Part shown: one piece after another, positions 1-12,590 of the stretch
How positions within the stretch are numbered: position 1 is the first letter of the stretch
Layout: each line of letters begins with the position of its first letter
Source: Octopus sinensis
Lineage: Eukaryota
Reading direction: 5' to 3'
Length of the DNA: 64,000 nt
Assembly: GCF_006345805.1 (NCBI RefSeq)
Contig: NC_043012.1
Span: 37,882,001 to 37,946,000 of the forward strand
The notes under the pieces: model-generated
The model's database searches: none
Told to the model about the DNA's origin: nothing
The model's input: only the letters and a program-made list of their open reading frames with translations
Program-made: the position numbers and the translations under genes

Positions 1-2079
1 ATGGGGGAAATATTACTTTGCTTAGAAACAATGATTGGCAACAGAAATGGTATCTGGGCATAGAAAAGTCTGCTTCAGTAAATTCTGTCCAGTCCATGCA
101 AGTATGGGACGGTGGACATTAATAATAAATACAAAGAAGGCAATCGACCATCCGCTTGAATTGGATCTCCAGCAAGGCCACAGTCCAGTGTATGAAAGCA
201 GTAAAATATTTTCTTATTTTAGAGCGGTGACGTCAAAATGTAAGCCCAAGTTATGTCCCTTTGTGTTCCGTGCTTTCTTTTTGATGAAATAAAATATCAG
301 CAGTCGACATTATGTTGGTTCAACCTCATTAATCGCAACCATGTTTGTACCAAAGGGACAACATATTTGTTGTTTTACACTTCTGGGCTTTCATAAATTA
401 ACTACATTAATTAATTATTGTAATAAAGATATAATAGTAACAGTAAACGACAGTTTTGCCTCTGTGGGTTCTTTTTATTATCTTTTTTTTTTTATTAATC
501 CTTGTCTGGCATTTAGCCATAAAAGAAAAAAAAAATTGTTTCTTGAGATTCAGGTTTTGTTTCCAATTTAAAGAACAGAGCTCATTCTTTTGTACCTCAT
601 ACAAATGGCTCCATCTTAACCAGGGAAGAATCAACTTTAAGATTTCATAAATGCAAGCAATATGCCTGAGACGGTTACGATAGTTCTCTTTGGAAAATTT
701 CTCCATCTTTCTTGTCAGAAAATATCTCTCTTTATTGTCTCACATCCTGTCTATTGCATAGCTACAGTGAAACAAGTTTCTTTTTGCAAAGTGAGTAAAG
801 GTGCCACAGGACAGTTAAATTGCCTTGTTGAATGTGACACACATAATTTTGAGACAAGAAAACAGTTTGTGCATGTGTGTGTGTGTATTTAGCATTTTTC
901 TTACGTCCATTTTTTCCCTACTAGCATGGGTTAGATGAATGTTTTATTAAAGCATTGTCTTACAGTCACATACCCTTCCTGGTGTAATCTTTACGAGTTC
1001 TTCAAGTAAGCATTCTCTAACAATAACAACACCGCTTGTAGCTGGAGACTTTCAGAGATGCCAAATGTACACAGGCACACAAAGAATTTCTTCCAGTTCC
1101 TGCCCACCAAATTCATAGAATAAAGGCTTGGCTGGCCTGGGACTATCATAGAAGACACTCACTTGCTCGGGCTACCATGAATTTGACACCATGTGGTTGG
1201 GAAGCAAACTTCTTAATTAAGGTCATGTCTGCACCCACCTCCAAGACACCTTCCTTCGTTAGCATTGATTTGCAATTAGAAGGGTTCAGCTAATGCACTG
1301 ATGGTGTTTGAACATGAGTATTTATTGCTTTCAAGAGAAAGTATGGGAGGGAAACCAAACTCAGTAAGGTATAAGTGGTGTAATTAGTTGAGACAGGTTC
1401 AAGTCCCACCACTGACTTTACTGTTCATCAGGTTTAATACTGTTTACATATAGCAGTGTGTCTGTATGTGTGTGTGTATATATATATATATATATACACA
1501 CACATACATAAATACACACCTTAACCCTTTAGCATTCAGATTACTTTCTTTAGAATTTTCTGTTTGTTTTCAGATTTCAACAATGTGATTGCTTATCTCT
1601 AGGCTAGGTGCAAGAGGTCAGATCTGGCTGGTTTAAATATAAAACAGGCTGAACATTTGGGCTTGGTCTGCCCATTTTAAATGTCAAAGGGTGAACTGCT
1701 TTCACTTATAAGACTCCAGCCACGCTGTGGCAGTACCTTGTTCATCCACCCGTGATGGGTTCCTTAGAAAATAAAACAAAACAGAACACAAAAATAAAGC
1801 ACGAAGTGGGTGGGGTGAGGTGTAATGTATTAGGACCCTTGGATTTGGCATTGCATAATAAGGTTATAATACTGTTTCTGGAAGAGAAATGTTGTATAAT
1901 ACTGCTTTTAATGAGAAATGCTTGTGGTTGGTTAAGAGGAAGAATCAAGTCAGAAAATAGAAATAAAAAAATATGAAGCTCTTCCTACATTATTAGACTT
2001 TTGTATAAATTAGGTTTCTTTTTTTTTTGTGTCTCTCAAAAATTAAAAAATTTGAACAATAGTAATAGTACATAATCAA

Positions 2080-2252
2080 ATATACATATGTATATTTATA
2101 TGCATATGTGATTTTATTTATGTATATATATATATATATATATACATACACACACACATATATCACATGTATGTATATATGTAATCACATGTATATAAAT
2201 ATAAACATACAAATATATTTACATATATATACACACAAATATATTTACACAC

Positions 2253-2288
<36 letters not shown>

Positions 2289-2576
2289 GTGTGTGTGTGT
2301 GTGTGTGTATATGCATGTATATACACACACACATATATACATACATGCATCATTTTATTATTACAGTTTGCTTGCTCGTTGAAACAAGTATAACTTCAAG
2401 CCAAATTACAGAACTCAACGTCGTCAAGTGGATTAAAAAATTTCTTGTTTTAAAATTAAATGGGACAAATGTACAATCTGTTTTTGCCCAGACTGAATTT
2501 GTCAAACAAACATTTCCTCTGCACAGAAACACTACATTCATCTCACTGGATTTCTCAGAAAAAATATATATTCATA

Positions 2577-2633
<57 letters not shown>

Positions 2634-2655
2634 ATATATATATTTATATATAAAC
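2080..2655. repeat. (TA)n/(CA)n/(TG)n microsatellite cluster downstream of the TMED stop codon
   Basis: Directly visible dinucleotide runs, probably in the 3' UTR. Confidence 0.9.
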
Positions 2656-2742
2656 GCGCATGTGTGTGTAGTATGATATTTTTCTTGCTTCATCTCTTCT
2701 CCTTTTCTAGGTTCTCTTTATTTGTTGCTCTATTATTGCTAT

Positions 2743-2979
2743 TCAGGATCGTGCCTGAAAGACTTTGTGTAGCCGGCTGTGGTCATCAAAAAGGCTGCGA
2801 ATCATAAACACTTGCGTCAACGCCACAGACATCATGAGGAACAACTGGAAGCCAGACCACCAGTTGACACGTTCAAAATTGGATTCCTGGATGTTTCGGT
2901 CCCGTGCCTCAAACATCTTCAAGTAAGTCTGGACCTGATGCGATCTTTCAAGATTCTCTTTTACACGTCCAACTATTGA
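2743..2979 (-). CDS. TMED5: TMED5-like coding exon 4 (coiled coil, transmembrane helix, cytosolic tail, stop)
   Basis: Poly-T + AG acceptor, SIVGRVKENLERSHQVQTYLKMFEARDRNIQESNFERVNWWSGFQLFLMMSVALTQVFMIRSLFDDHSRLHKVFQARS*. FEARDRNIQESNF is typical of TMED1/5. The spliced protein is 239 aa. Confidence 0.95.
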   Translation of the reverse strand, partial: SIVGRVKENLERSHQVQTYLKMFEARDRNIQESNFERVNWWSGFQLFLMMSVALTQVFMIRSLFDDHSRLHKVFQARS

Positions 2980-3827
2980 CTAAAAAACAAAAAAAAAAAC
3001 AATAGTTTAGTAGATGCATTCCTAACTAATAGGCTCGTTAGCTGTTATCTAGCTGAAGGAACATCTTACAAACCAATCATTGAATACCATTTCATACATA
3101 ATTAAGAGGCTTCACCTGCTAGATATTGTGTGGCCTCGTGGTTAGGGGTGTTGCACCCATGATCACAGCATCGTGGTTTCGATTCCTGGATCATGTAGTG
3201 GATTCTGTTCTTGAGCAAAACATTTCATTTCACACAGCCCCAGTCCAATCAGTAGTAAAGGAATAACTCTGCAACAGACTGGTGACCCATTCAGGGAAGA
3301 ATGTTGTCATCTTGGAGTCACTTATGCAACCAGGTAACAAGCTTCAGGTGTCCTAGGACTTGAGACAATACCTACTTATCTGCTAGATATAGCAGCCAAA
3401 TCTTCTATATCACACTTATATAATAATCCTTTCTACTATAGACACAATGCCTGAAATTTGGAGGGGGGGGATAGTCAATTACATCGACCCCCAGTGTTCA
3501 ACTGGTACTTACTTTTTAACCCGAAAAGGATGAAAGGCAAAGTTGACCTCGGTGGAATTTGAATTCAGAACATGAGGACAGGTGAAATGCTGCTAAGCAT
3601 TTTTCTGGTCTCCTAACAATTCTTGTCATTTTATATCACAGATGTTTTGCAAACAACTTGCACATACAAGTGCTACTAGAAGAAGTGTATGAGGTCATCA
3701 GGAGAGAATGTGCGCCATTTCTGGGCCTACCTCTTGATGGCATCATTGAGCATAGGCCCAACCCTCACAATTATGAGGCCCCACTTGCACAATGAACTGG
3801 TTATCAAATAAAGCTCAACATTCTTCT

Positions 3828-4060
3828 TATTTCTTTACTGCCCACAAGGGGCTACACACAGAGGGGACAAACAGGAACAGTCAAATGGATTAAGTCGATC
3901 ATATCGACCCCAAAACATAACAGGTACTTATTTAATCGACCCCGAAAGGATGAAAGGCAAAGTTGACCTCGGCGGAATTTGATCTCAGAACGTAGAGACA
4001 GACGAAATACCACTAAGCATTTCACCCGGCGTGCTAACGCTTCTGCCAGTTTGCTGCCTT
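3828..4060 (-). mobile_element. tRNA-derived SINE family A (representative copy)
   Basis: Head ggcggcgagctggcagaa...gagttcaaattcc plus central gtcgactttgcctttcatcctttcggggtcgat...aagtacc. Other copies at about 3425, 8340-9130, 10945, 21210-21590, 25530-25820, 26485, 33520, 38975, 40430-40800, 52195, 58875-59560 and 60800. Confidence 0.8.
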
Positions 4061-4254
4061 CAACATTCTTCTATCTATTGCTCATCATCTCTTTTTAACC
4101 AAATCCAGTTGCTAACCTTTTCCACTTATTGCACACAGGGCTCACATGCACAACACCACATCGAAAAATGTAGCCATAAGTGCATAAACAGTATGCAGAA
4201 TAATGCAGAGGAAGTAAAGGGTAAATGAGTCGTTTAAAAAAAAGAAAGCTGGGT

Positions 4255-4560
4255 ATGACATCAGGCGTATTGTTGGTGAAGCATGGAAGTTTTGAAGCCT
4301 GTAGTGTCCTGAAAGCTAACAACTGATGTGGGTAGTTTATTCCATGCTTCAGTAATTCTGAGCTTGAAAAAATGTTTGTGAAGGTCATGGGTGTTGTGTT
4401 GTCCTTTGATTTTGTAAGCATGTCCACAAATGTTAGACATGGAATTCAAAAATGGGCCCAATCCTGTAGTTGGAAAGGAGATTCCTTTATGTCTGTACTC
4501 GGGGCCAGTGGACCTCCTTCTAACAGTGATACTCCTGGGCAATTGCCCCTGCTCCCTTAA
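4255..4560 (-). mobile_element. CR1/L2-type LINE 3' ORF2 remnant
   Basis: CGHAYKIKG...KHFFKLRITEAWNKLPTSVVS...GFK matches the RGHxxKL...FFSxRVVxxWNxLP C-terminal motif. A partial duplicate lies at about 4680-4770. Confidence 0.7.
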
Positions 4561-5410
4561 ATCTGGCTATACCTGAAATGACATGTTTGCCAGTATGTAC
4601 TTCTTAACCACACTACCACACATGTACCTTGAGTTAATTAAAGGGTGGGGTGGGAGTGGGTGTGTATGGGTGCACTGTTGGCAAATTCCAGGAAACACGG
4701 AAGTTTTGAAGGAAGTAGTTTCCTGACTGCTAACAACTGACAAAAGTAATGAGATAGTTATAATGCAGTCTTGGATTGTCTCTACACAACTAACTGTAAA
4801 ATGACCTTCTTGAGTCATTCTGACTAATAAGGACCGGTTTCCCAGCTTTCATGAAGTAAATACTCCCCACCTTGATGGGACACCGGATTCCTCATTTTTG
4901 CCAGCTGAGTGGACTGGAGTAACGTGAAATGAAGTGTTTTGCTCAAGGACACAATGCGTTGCCCGGTCCATGGATTGCAACGACAACCTTAGGATCCTGA
5001 GTCCAACACCCTCACCACTAAGCTACACACCTCCACTAACAGTAAAGTTGATGGCAAACAGGTGGAGAAAGTGTAGAGGTGCTGTGTAATCCTTTTAATC
5101 CAGTATTACTGTGAGGAGCATGACATAGGCTTACAAGGGGTCAAACAGTAATATCAGTGTCTCCACCGACACCATCACCACCAGTTCAAGTAACAACAAA
5201 AACAAGTCAACAAGAGAAGCCTCTATGTATCGCTAGAAATAGGAGCTCAATCTTCCTCAAATCACACAATGCAAACTTTAAAAGAAATGACAGACGATGA
5301 TGCTGAAAAATGGTTTGATCAATAACTGACCAATGATAGATGTTAAAAGATGAGAAGATCTCAGCTGACACAGGGTTAAACAATAACAACAACAACAAGA
5401 GCAGACTTAC

Positions 5411-5594
5411 TTTAAAATCATCAAGTTTAATGTCCATCAACTCTGCAGCATCTTCTTTACTGAAAGTCCAATTTCCATTCTCATCATCTTCTTCATTCTC
5501 TGTGATGATGTCAAAATAGACGACTTTCCTGAAGAATCGGCTGAAGGTATTGTCAAAGCAGATCTTGTAAGTTCCTGTCATCTGTACATCCACT
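5411..5594 (-). CDS. TMED5: TMED5-like coding exon 3 (end of GOLD domain)
   Basis: TTTCAG acceptor, (K)VDVQMTGTYKICFDNTFSRFFRKVVYFDII...MDIKLDDFK, GTAAGT donor. Contains the p24 CFDNTFS motif. 184 nt. Confidence 0.95.
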
Positions 5595-5659
5595 CTGAAA
5601 AATAATAATAAATAATAACAAGATCACTCAGAGAGAACAAACCTCCACCAAAGCAACAC

Positions 5660-5970
5660 CAATGTCCTTTCAACGATTAGCCAGAAAGGATTGGCCGATG
5701 CCAGCGCCGCCTCAACTGGCTTCCGTGTCGGTGGCACGTAAAAAGCACCAATCCGACCGTGGCCGATGCCAGCCTCGCCTGGCTCTCCAGTGCAGGTGGC
5801 ACGTAAAGAACACCCACTACACTCACGGAGTGGTTGGCGTTAGGAAGGGCATCCAGCTGTAGAAACATTGCCAGATAAGACCGGAGCCTGGTGCAGCCTT
5901 CTGGCTTCCCAGATCCCCGGTCGAACCGTCCAACCCATGCTAGCATGGAGAACGGACGTTAAACAATGAA
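5660..5970 (+). mobile_element. RTE-tailed short element, family B (representative copy)
   Basis: ggttggcgttaggaagggcatccagctgtagaaac...ccaacccatgctagcatgg...gttaaa(cgat/tgat)n tail, the same as the RTE 3' end. About 20 copies, e.g. 6350, 7505, 30400, 30985, 46297, 46975, 50630, 53750, 56490 and 61430. Confidence 0.8.
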
Positions 5971-5974
5971 TATC

Positions 5975-6237
5975 TGAAATAAACTCGACTACTCTCACAA
6001 ACGAGAATGCTAAAAATGAACTTGACCGCTCTCAACAATTGAGTAAAAAACAGGAAAAAATAATCCAGAATTCTTGTCTGGTACTGGATCGATACCCAAA
6101 TCTAAGCAGTTTGTGCCAGTCATGAGGCCAAACATCTCTGACAGTTTCATCCAAAGCGGTTCTTGAGATATCTTGTCCATGGACAAACAAACATGACTGA
6201 AAAGAATACCCCCGCCTTCGCTAAGGCGGCGTTAATA
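5975..6237 (+). mobile_element. Helentron/DINE-1-like non-autonomous element (tentative)
   Basis: 3' hairpin CCGCCTT-CGCT-AAGGCGG (6212-6229) preceded by tttcatccaaa...gagatatcttg...acaaacaaaca, a layout recalled for this class. Confidence 0.4.
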
Positions 6238-7224
6238 ATAACCGTTTCTACTGGAAGTACAAGACTTCAAATTTGGGGGAAGGATTAAGTCGATTACATC
6301 AAGAAGCTCCTCTGCTGGGACCATGTAAGAAGGTCCTGTGCTGCTGCCACATAAAAAAGGGTCTCATGCTGGCACCACATAAAGTGGGTGGTGTTAGGAT
6401 GGGCATCCAGCTGTGGAAACCAAGCCAAAACAGATTAGATTGGAGCCTGGTGCAGCCTTCCAGCTCCTGTCAAACCATCCAACTGATGCCAGCATGTAAA
6501 ATGGACATTAAATGATGATGATGATGATGAATATCAACGAATGGCACTAAATACTGTAAAATATTTTCTCTGACGCTGCTCCAAATCTGCTGGATTTCTA
6601 ATTTTACACAAGACCACAATGTGTGGTGGGCAGGAATTACAGTCACTTGGTAATGGAAGGCTATGTAGGGGAGACACCAACAGCATCTCTACAGACAGTA
6701 TTATCTATAAATCAGTGGGTAAGTTCAAATTCTGCCTGCTTTTAATTTCTCTCGGGTTAAGGCTAAGAAAAAACAAATGAGAAGAAAATCATTCTTTGTA
6801 TTTTGAGCTGAGGAAGTCAGTAGGAATAAATACAGCAGAATATGTGGGGGGATGTTATTTGACCCTTTGGCATTTAAACCAGCCATATCTAGCCCTTATA
6901 TTCTACCTGTTTGATGTTCAGACTTGCCATATCCAACCTCTCACACCTATCCTACAATGTGATTCTAAAAATAAACAATCACATCATTGAAATGTTGAAG
7001 CTACAAGATAATCCATAATTAATTAAAAGCAATGCGAATAAATAAGCATTGCATTTAACAAAGTAATCTGAGTATTAAAGTGTTCAGATAGACTGGTTTA
7101 CTATCCATGGGCAGATTTCTTTCTCATCCACACCATGTGCTACAAAATCAAACCCAAGCCACCCATGCCCCGGAGTTGATGTTTATATTTTATTAATCAC
7201 ATGACAAACAAACTTTAAACTTAC

Positions 7225-7322
7225 TTGTGTGAAGATTCTGACTTTCTCTCTTCAGCGACAAGGATTGCATTATTTGGGCCTTGAATGTAAAAGCTGATGT
7301 CCATGTCACCACCATCGATCAC
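7225..7322 (-). CDS. TMED5: TMED5-like coding exon 2
   Basis: TTTGTAG acceptor, VIDGGDMDISFYIQGPNNAILVAEERKSESSH + AA, GTAAG donor. 98 nt; phases fit both neighbours. Confidence 0.93.
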
Positions 7323-9543
7323 CTACAAAGGAAAACAAAATGCATCAACAACAATTCTTTCCAGGCCTGAATTTTTGTGGTGGAAGAGGGTCTACTTCAG
7401 GGGTTCTCAACCTTTTTTTATCTTTTGATCCCTTTGGTTACTATTTCAATCTGATGGATCAGTACAGGCATTCGATGTTTAAAAAACTAGTTTTATTGAA
7501 ATCGTCATTGTTGCTCAATGTCCACTTTCCATGCTGGCATGGGTTGGATGGATTGACTGAGGACTGGCAAGCCAGAAGGCTGCACCAGGCTCCAATCTGA
7601 TCTGGCAAGGTTTCTGCAGCTGGATGCACTTCCTTCACTCTGCAAGTGTAATGGGTGCTTTTTACGTGCCACTGGCGCAAGAGCCAGCCAGTCATGATAT
7701 GTCTATATATACAGTCAACATCTACATACAGGGAAAGCACTTGACTTAGTGGTTATGCTATTCAGCTCATTATCATAAGGTCACGAGTTCAATTACTGGC
7801 GATGCATTGTGTCCTTGAGCAAGGCTCTTTATTTCATGTTGCTCCAGTCCACTCGGATGGCAAAAATGAGTTGTACCTGTAATTCAAAGGGGCCAGCCTT
7901 GTCACACTGAATATCCCTGAGAACTACACTAAGAGTAGGGGTGTCTGTGGAGTGCTCAACCACTTGCATGTTAATTCCATGTGCAGTCTGTTTCTGAGGA
8001 TCAGATCAGCTGGAAACCTTGTCGTTATAAATGACAGAGTGTCTCTTATCTTCACGCAATGTCTACCTATCCAACCAACATCTACATGCTGTGTCTATAT
8101 ATCCTGTCAGTCTTCCAAAATTCCTATTTTGTTTTTTCTCACACTAACTTGGTCTGAGTTGAACTAAGTAAAATGTAAGGGAAAGAAATGCATCTGCTTC
8201 TACTAATACATACATCTGAAACAAAAGTTTTTTAGGGACCCTTAAAATATTACTGTGGGTCTCCAATTAACTATTTTGTTGCATGGACCTCACAAAAATA
8301 TGGACACTGGCTGAGAACCACTGGTTGAGTTGATGACACTGACCCCTACCCCTCACCCCGTGCTTGATTGATTGAAAGAATGAAAGGCAAAGTCAGCCTT
8401 GTGGGAATTTGAACTCAGAATGGAAAACCAGAGGAAATGCCACAAAGAATTTCGTCTGTTAATGATTCTGCCAGCTTTCCACCTTAATAATCTTCTCTAA
8501 TTTTGGGACAAGACCATAAATTTTGAGAGGAGGGGAAAGTTGATTACACCAACCCCAGTGCATTACTGGTACTTACTTTCTTAAATCTGAAGAGGGTGTC
8601 AATAAAGAAGGGAAAGAAATAGTGTTAAGCATTTTGTTTAAAGTGCTAAAGATGCTGCCCTAATAATAAATTCTAATTTAGGCAGAAAGTCATCGATTTT
8701 AGGGGTAAGGAGTTAATCAATACCTTTGTCCCCGTTACTTGTGTTGGAGTCATTAGGGCAATACACACAACAGTATTTCTTCCAGCTCTTTATGTTCTGA
8801 GTTCAACTCACCCCTTTTATCCTTTTGGAGATTGATAAAGTACCATTTAAATACGGGGTCAATCTAAGAAACTTCCTCCCCACAAAATTCCTAGCCTTGT
8901 GCCAAAATATGAAATTGTTACTAAAGGGTGGTGAAGCCGGCAGAATTGTTAGAACAGTGGACAAAATGCTAAGCAGCAATTCTTCTGGCTTTGCATTCTG
9001 AGTTCAAATTCCACTGAGGTCAGCTTTCCTTTTCACCCTTTCGGGGTCGATGAAATAAGAACCAGTGCAGCCCTGCAACCAACCAGCTCCACCACACCCA
9101 AATTTTCAGCCCTTGTGCTTATAACAGAAAGAATTCTTCTTATAATTATTATTAAGGTGTTGAACAGTTGAACTTGATAGACCACTGTGGTAACTGAGGT
9201 GTGGTGAGATGCACCTGTGTGATGTGTATTACTGTACCAAGTTTAGTGAAATTCATCAACTATAACATGAAATTAAAGAGTTTTCTACTATAAATATAGT
9301 ACGTTTAAATTACAGCTATACTGTGTATTTATAAATAGAACAAAATCTGAAATGGAGAGGCACTGGTGTATGTAATTCTCAATAATAGCACACCTACAAT
9401 ATTCCTGTATTGTTTCAGGTTAGATTTAACGTTAAACACAGCGTTAACCCAATTTCTTCCTCTCATTCTTTTCTCAGTTTCAGAATCCCAGTTAAGGTCA
9501 TAACTGCTTTTCTTCACCTGTGACTAAACAACACTACTTTATT

Positions 9544-9769
9544 TACATTATTTACATTTGACGATACTCGTCCTCATCTTGTTTGTTTCAGCTGATGTAC
9601 CCTCAAGCCTTCATCTTGGGGAAATTTCGAACCTGGGTTCTCGTTCCGAAGCTATTTTTTGATATTATTATTATTATTATTATTATTCAGGTCACTGCCT
9701 GGAATCAAACTCGGAATCTGGGGTTAGTAGCCCATGCTTTTAACCACTACGCAAAATGTAAATAATGTA
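9544..9769 (-). mobile_element. tRNA-headed SINE-like element with a decayed hammerhead-like core (family E, copy 1)
   Basis: Minus strand: GCGTAGTGGTTAAAAG...GAGTTTGATTCC head, (AAT)n, body gaacgagaacccaggttcgaaattt, then atgaaggct...cagctGAAAC and an (ATGTAAATA)n tail. The body matches 62200-62472 (+). Confidence 0.7.
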
Positions 9770-9922
9770 CACAATTCCTCATCTCTTAAATATAGAACTG
9801 TACAACCCTTTGTTCAAAACCTGCGTAGGTACATAGTTAACTGAATAACCATAGTCCAAGGTTTGGGTGGATACAACTGATAGAACAGCCATTCAAGAGA
9901 AAACAAGAAATTACTGATGGAT

Positions 9923-10207
9923 CTAGGGTGTTGGACAAACAAAATATGTGGGTGGAACCAGGGTGTCGGACAAAACGAATGTGGGTGGACCCGGGGTGTT
10001 GGACAGACAAAATGTATGTAGGTGGACCCAGGGTGTTAGGCAAACAAAATGTGGATGGGCCCAGGGTGTTGGAGAAACAAAATATATATATGGGTGGGCC
10101 CAGGGTGTTGGACAAACAAAATGTATGTAGGTGGACCCAGGGTGTTAGGCAAACAAAATGTGGGTGGGCCCAGGGTGTTGGACAAACAAAATGTATGTAG
10201 GTGGACC
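9923..10207. repeat. Minisatellite, 8 units of 33-39 bp (CAGGGTGTTGGACAAACAAAATGT..GGTGGRCC)
   Basis: Tandem units are directly visible, partly alternating between 33 and 37 bp. Confidence 0.95.
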
Positions 10208-11874
10208 TACATACCTCATGCCCCAGTGTCTGCTTTAGCATGGTTTCTAAGCAAGACTGTGGAGTCGAAACCAAAAAAAACTTTGACTCTGACTCCTCTA
10301 CTATTGGCACATCTGACTCTGATTTGGACTCCTCTTTATGTAATTAAGTGATTGAGGTCTACATATCTCACAAAGCCTAGGCATCATACACTTGTACTTT
10401 GAGTAGTCCTATATGTTATAATTGGTTTATATTAAAGAATAAAGACATTGTGGGTGGGAATCAGAGTCGGTATAGTTTTATCGGCTCTGACTTCACAGCC
10501 CTGTTTCTAAGGTTGGATGCCCTTCTTAACGTCAACCCTTTAACTGGGTGCTTTTCTCATGGCTCTGGCACTAGTAAGGTCACCATGCAGCTCACGTGGC
10601 TTCAAAAGCTGAGGGAGGAGGGTAGTTTTATGCTAGCTGATGAGGGCTAAGATATGAGAGAAGAGGTTGGAGCAGAGGCAGGTTCTTGTTGTTGAGGAGC
10701 TACATTGCTCCTACTGATTCATTCAGTAGTAACTGCAAAGAAATAAATAGTGGAGGTGGCCCATCAAGGTAGCACACACACACACATTCCACTTTGGCAT
10801 ATCTATAGCCTGATACCCTTTCTGCTACAACCCCTTTCTAGAATGCACCAGATGAAGTTTATCATAGTATCAGCTCAAAATTGAGAAACGCAATCAGTGA
10901 GACAACTACAACAGCAAGAACAATAATAATAATAATAATAATGATCCCCTCTACTATAGTCACAAAGTCTGAAATTCTGGGCAGGTGGGGTCCCGAGTCA
11001 ATTACATTCATCTCAATGCTCAGATGGTACTTACTTTATTGACCCTAAAAATATGAAGGCATAGTTGACCCCGGCAGAATTTGAACTCAGAACACAGATG
11101 GATGGAATGGCAGAATAAATGACGTCCTAACAATTATGCCAGTTTGAATAATAATAATAATAATAATGCTTTTTGTTTTATTTTGCACAAAGGTGATGGT
11201 TGGAGGTACATGACAATAACAAATAATTATAAAAAAAAAAAAAAGAGAGAGGGGAGAGTGTTATGCAGAATCAATTATAAGGAAAAAAAAAACCCTCAAA
11301 AAACAATTGATAAAGTAAGCTGGAGGAAATGAAAATAAAATTGACAAAGCTGAAATGACAAGTTGAGTAATGTTCGACCGAAGAAGATGGTTTCTGGTTC
11401 CATAAAACTTACCATAAACAAGCAATTACTGACATCCATCAATTTACTTAGCACAGTTTATTACCAAACTAATTGATTCGGCAACAGTTGGACATTTCAC
11501 ACAAACAGCATTTTACAAATATATATATATATACCTACAAATACATGCATATGTATATACATATATATATATATATACATGCAGATGTGTGTCTGTATAT
11601 ATATATATACATACATATGCAACAGCTTTTGGTTTAGACATTGAAAACAACTGTGTCCTAGATTTTATTTTCATGTTTTCATTTTACGAGGGGTTTTTCG
11701 GGGAGGGGGGGGGCAAGAAAGCCTGTAAATTCTTCAACAGCATTTCTACATCTCTTGCTTGAAATTATGTCAGCAGGTTGTTGTTGTTGATGTTGTTGCT
11801 GCCCCCCTTAAACATTTCAACACATACACCAACATGATCCCCTTCCCTCTACTGCTCCAGTCTATCAGTTAGTC

Positions 11875-12123
11875 TAGTGATTCTCAACCGCACTTTTTTT
11901 GTTTTTTCCCTATGGACCCCTTTGATTCTCATTGCACTTGGGTGGACCCTCATAACCATTTCAATGCTTTAAACAATCATATTATATTTCCATCATTAAA
12001 TACCATTAGCAACTGAATACAAAAAAAGATGAAGACATTTTGGGTATCCTAACAGTATAACCAGTTTATTGCACATGAACCTTAACAGTAAAATCCTATA
12101 TGGACCCAAGTTGAAAACCACTG
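11875..12123. mobile_element. hAT-type MITE
   Basis: TIRs TAGTGATTCTCAACC / AGTTGAAAACCACTG. The flanking 8-mers AGTTAGTC / ATCTAGTC resemble a decayed 8-bp TSD. Confidence 0.55.
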
Positions 12124-12357
12124 ATCTAGTCTATATATGAGACCCCACTGGACCCAATACAATCACAGAGAACCCTCTTTATACCTTTCTGGACTGACAC
12201 TTGTTGCTCTCCCCTACCCCTGTCACACTGTTTCTGCCATCATACTCTCCCTCGCTTTCACCCGCCCATCTTGGCCCTTATCCTGTCTTCAATCTCTCTC
12301 TCTTCTATCACTTCCTTGATCATGTTCCTTTGACAGTATGTATCCATGTTAAATGTG

Positions 12358-12590
12358 GATGGGCATGGCTTGGTGGTTAGGGTGTTAGATTTATGATCAG
12401 AAGATTGTGGTTTCGATTCCTGGACTGGGTGATGTGTTGTGTTCTTGAGCAAGACACTTCATTTCACGTTGCTGGCCAAAATGAGTAATCCCGTGATGGA
12501 CCAGTGTTCCATTGGGTGGTGGGAAAGAAGGGACAGATATATATACCAGAGAAACTGGCCCTTATACTCCTTATGTGAACTAAACCGACT
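12358..12590 (+). mobile_element. tRNA-headed SINE family D
   Basis: gcatggcttggtggttagggtgtt...ggtttcgattcctggac...gttgtgttcttgagcaagacacttcatttcac. Copies at about 3128, 4830 (-), 7735, 39955 (-) and 48185. Confidence 0.7.

Noticed and set aside
2108-2807. 181-aa and 115-aa plus-strand ORFs rich in Y/I/H/T
   Set aside because: Artefacts of (TA)n/(CA)n microsatellites, antisense to the TMED 3' region.
7398-8323. Possible single hAT MITE split by two SINE insertions
   Set aside because: The TIR-like ends are present but the putative TSD matches only 5 of 8, so it is not listed as a feature.
12358-12430. tRNA-like A/B boxes here and at many other SINE heads
   Set aside because: They continue directly into SINE bodies and lack complete cloverleafs, so they are not called tRNA genes.
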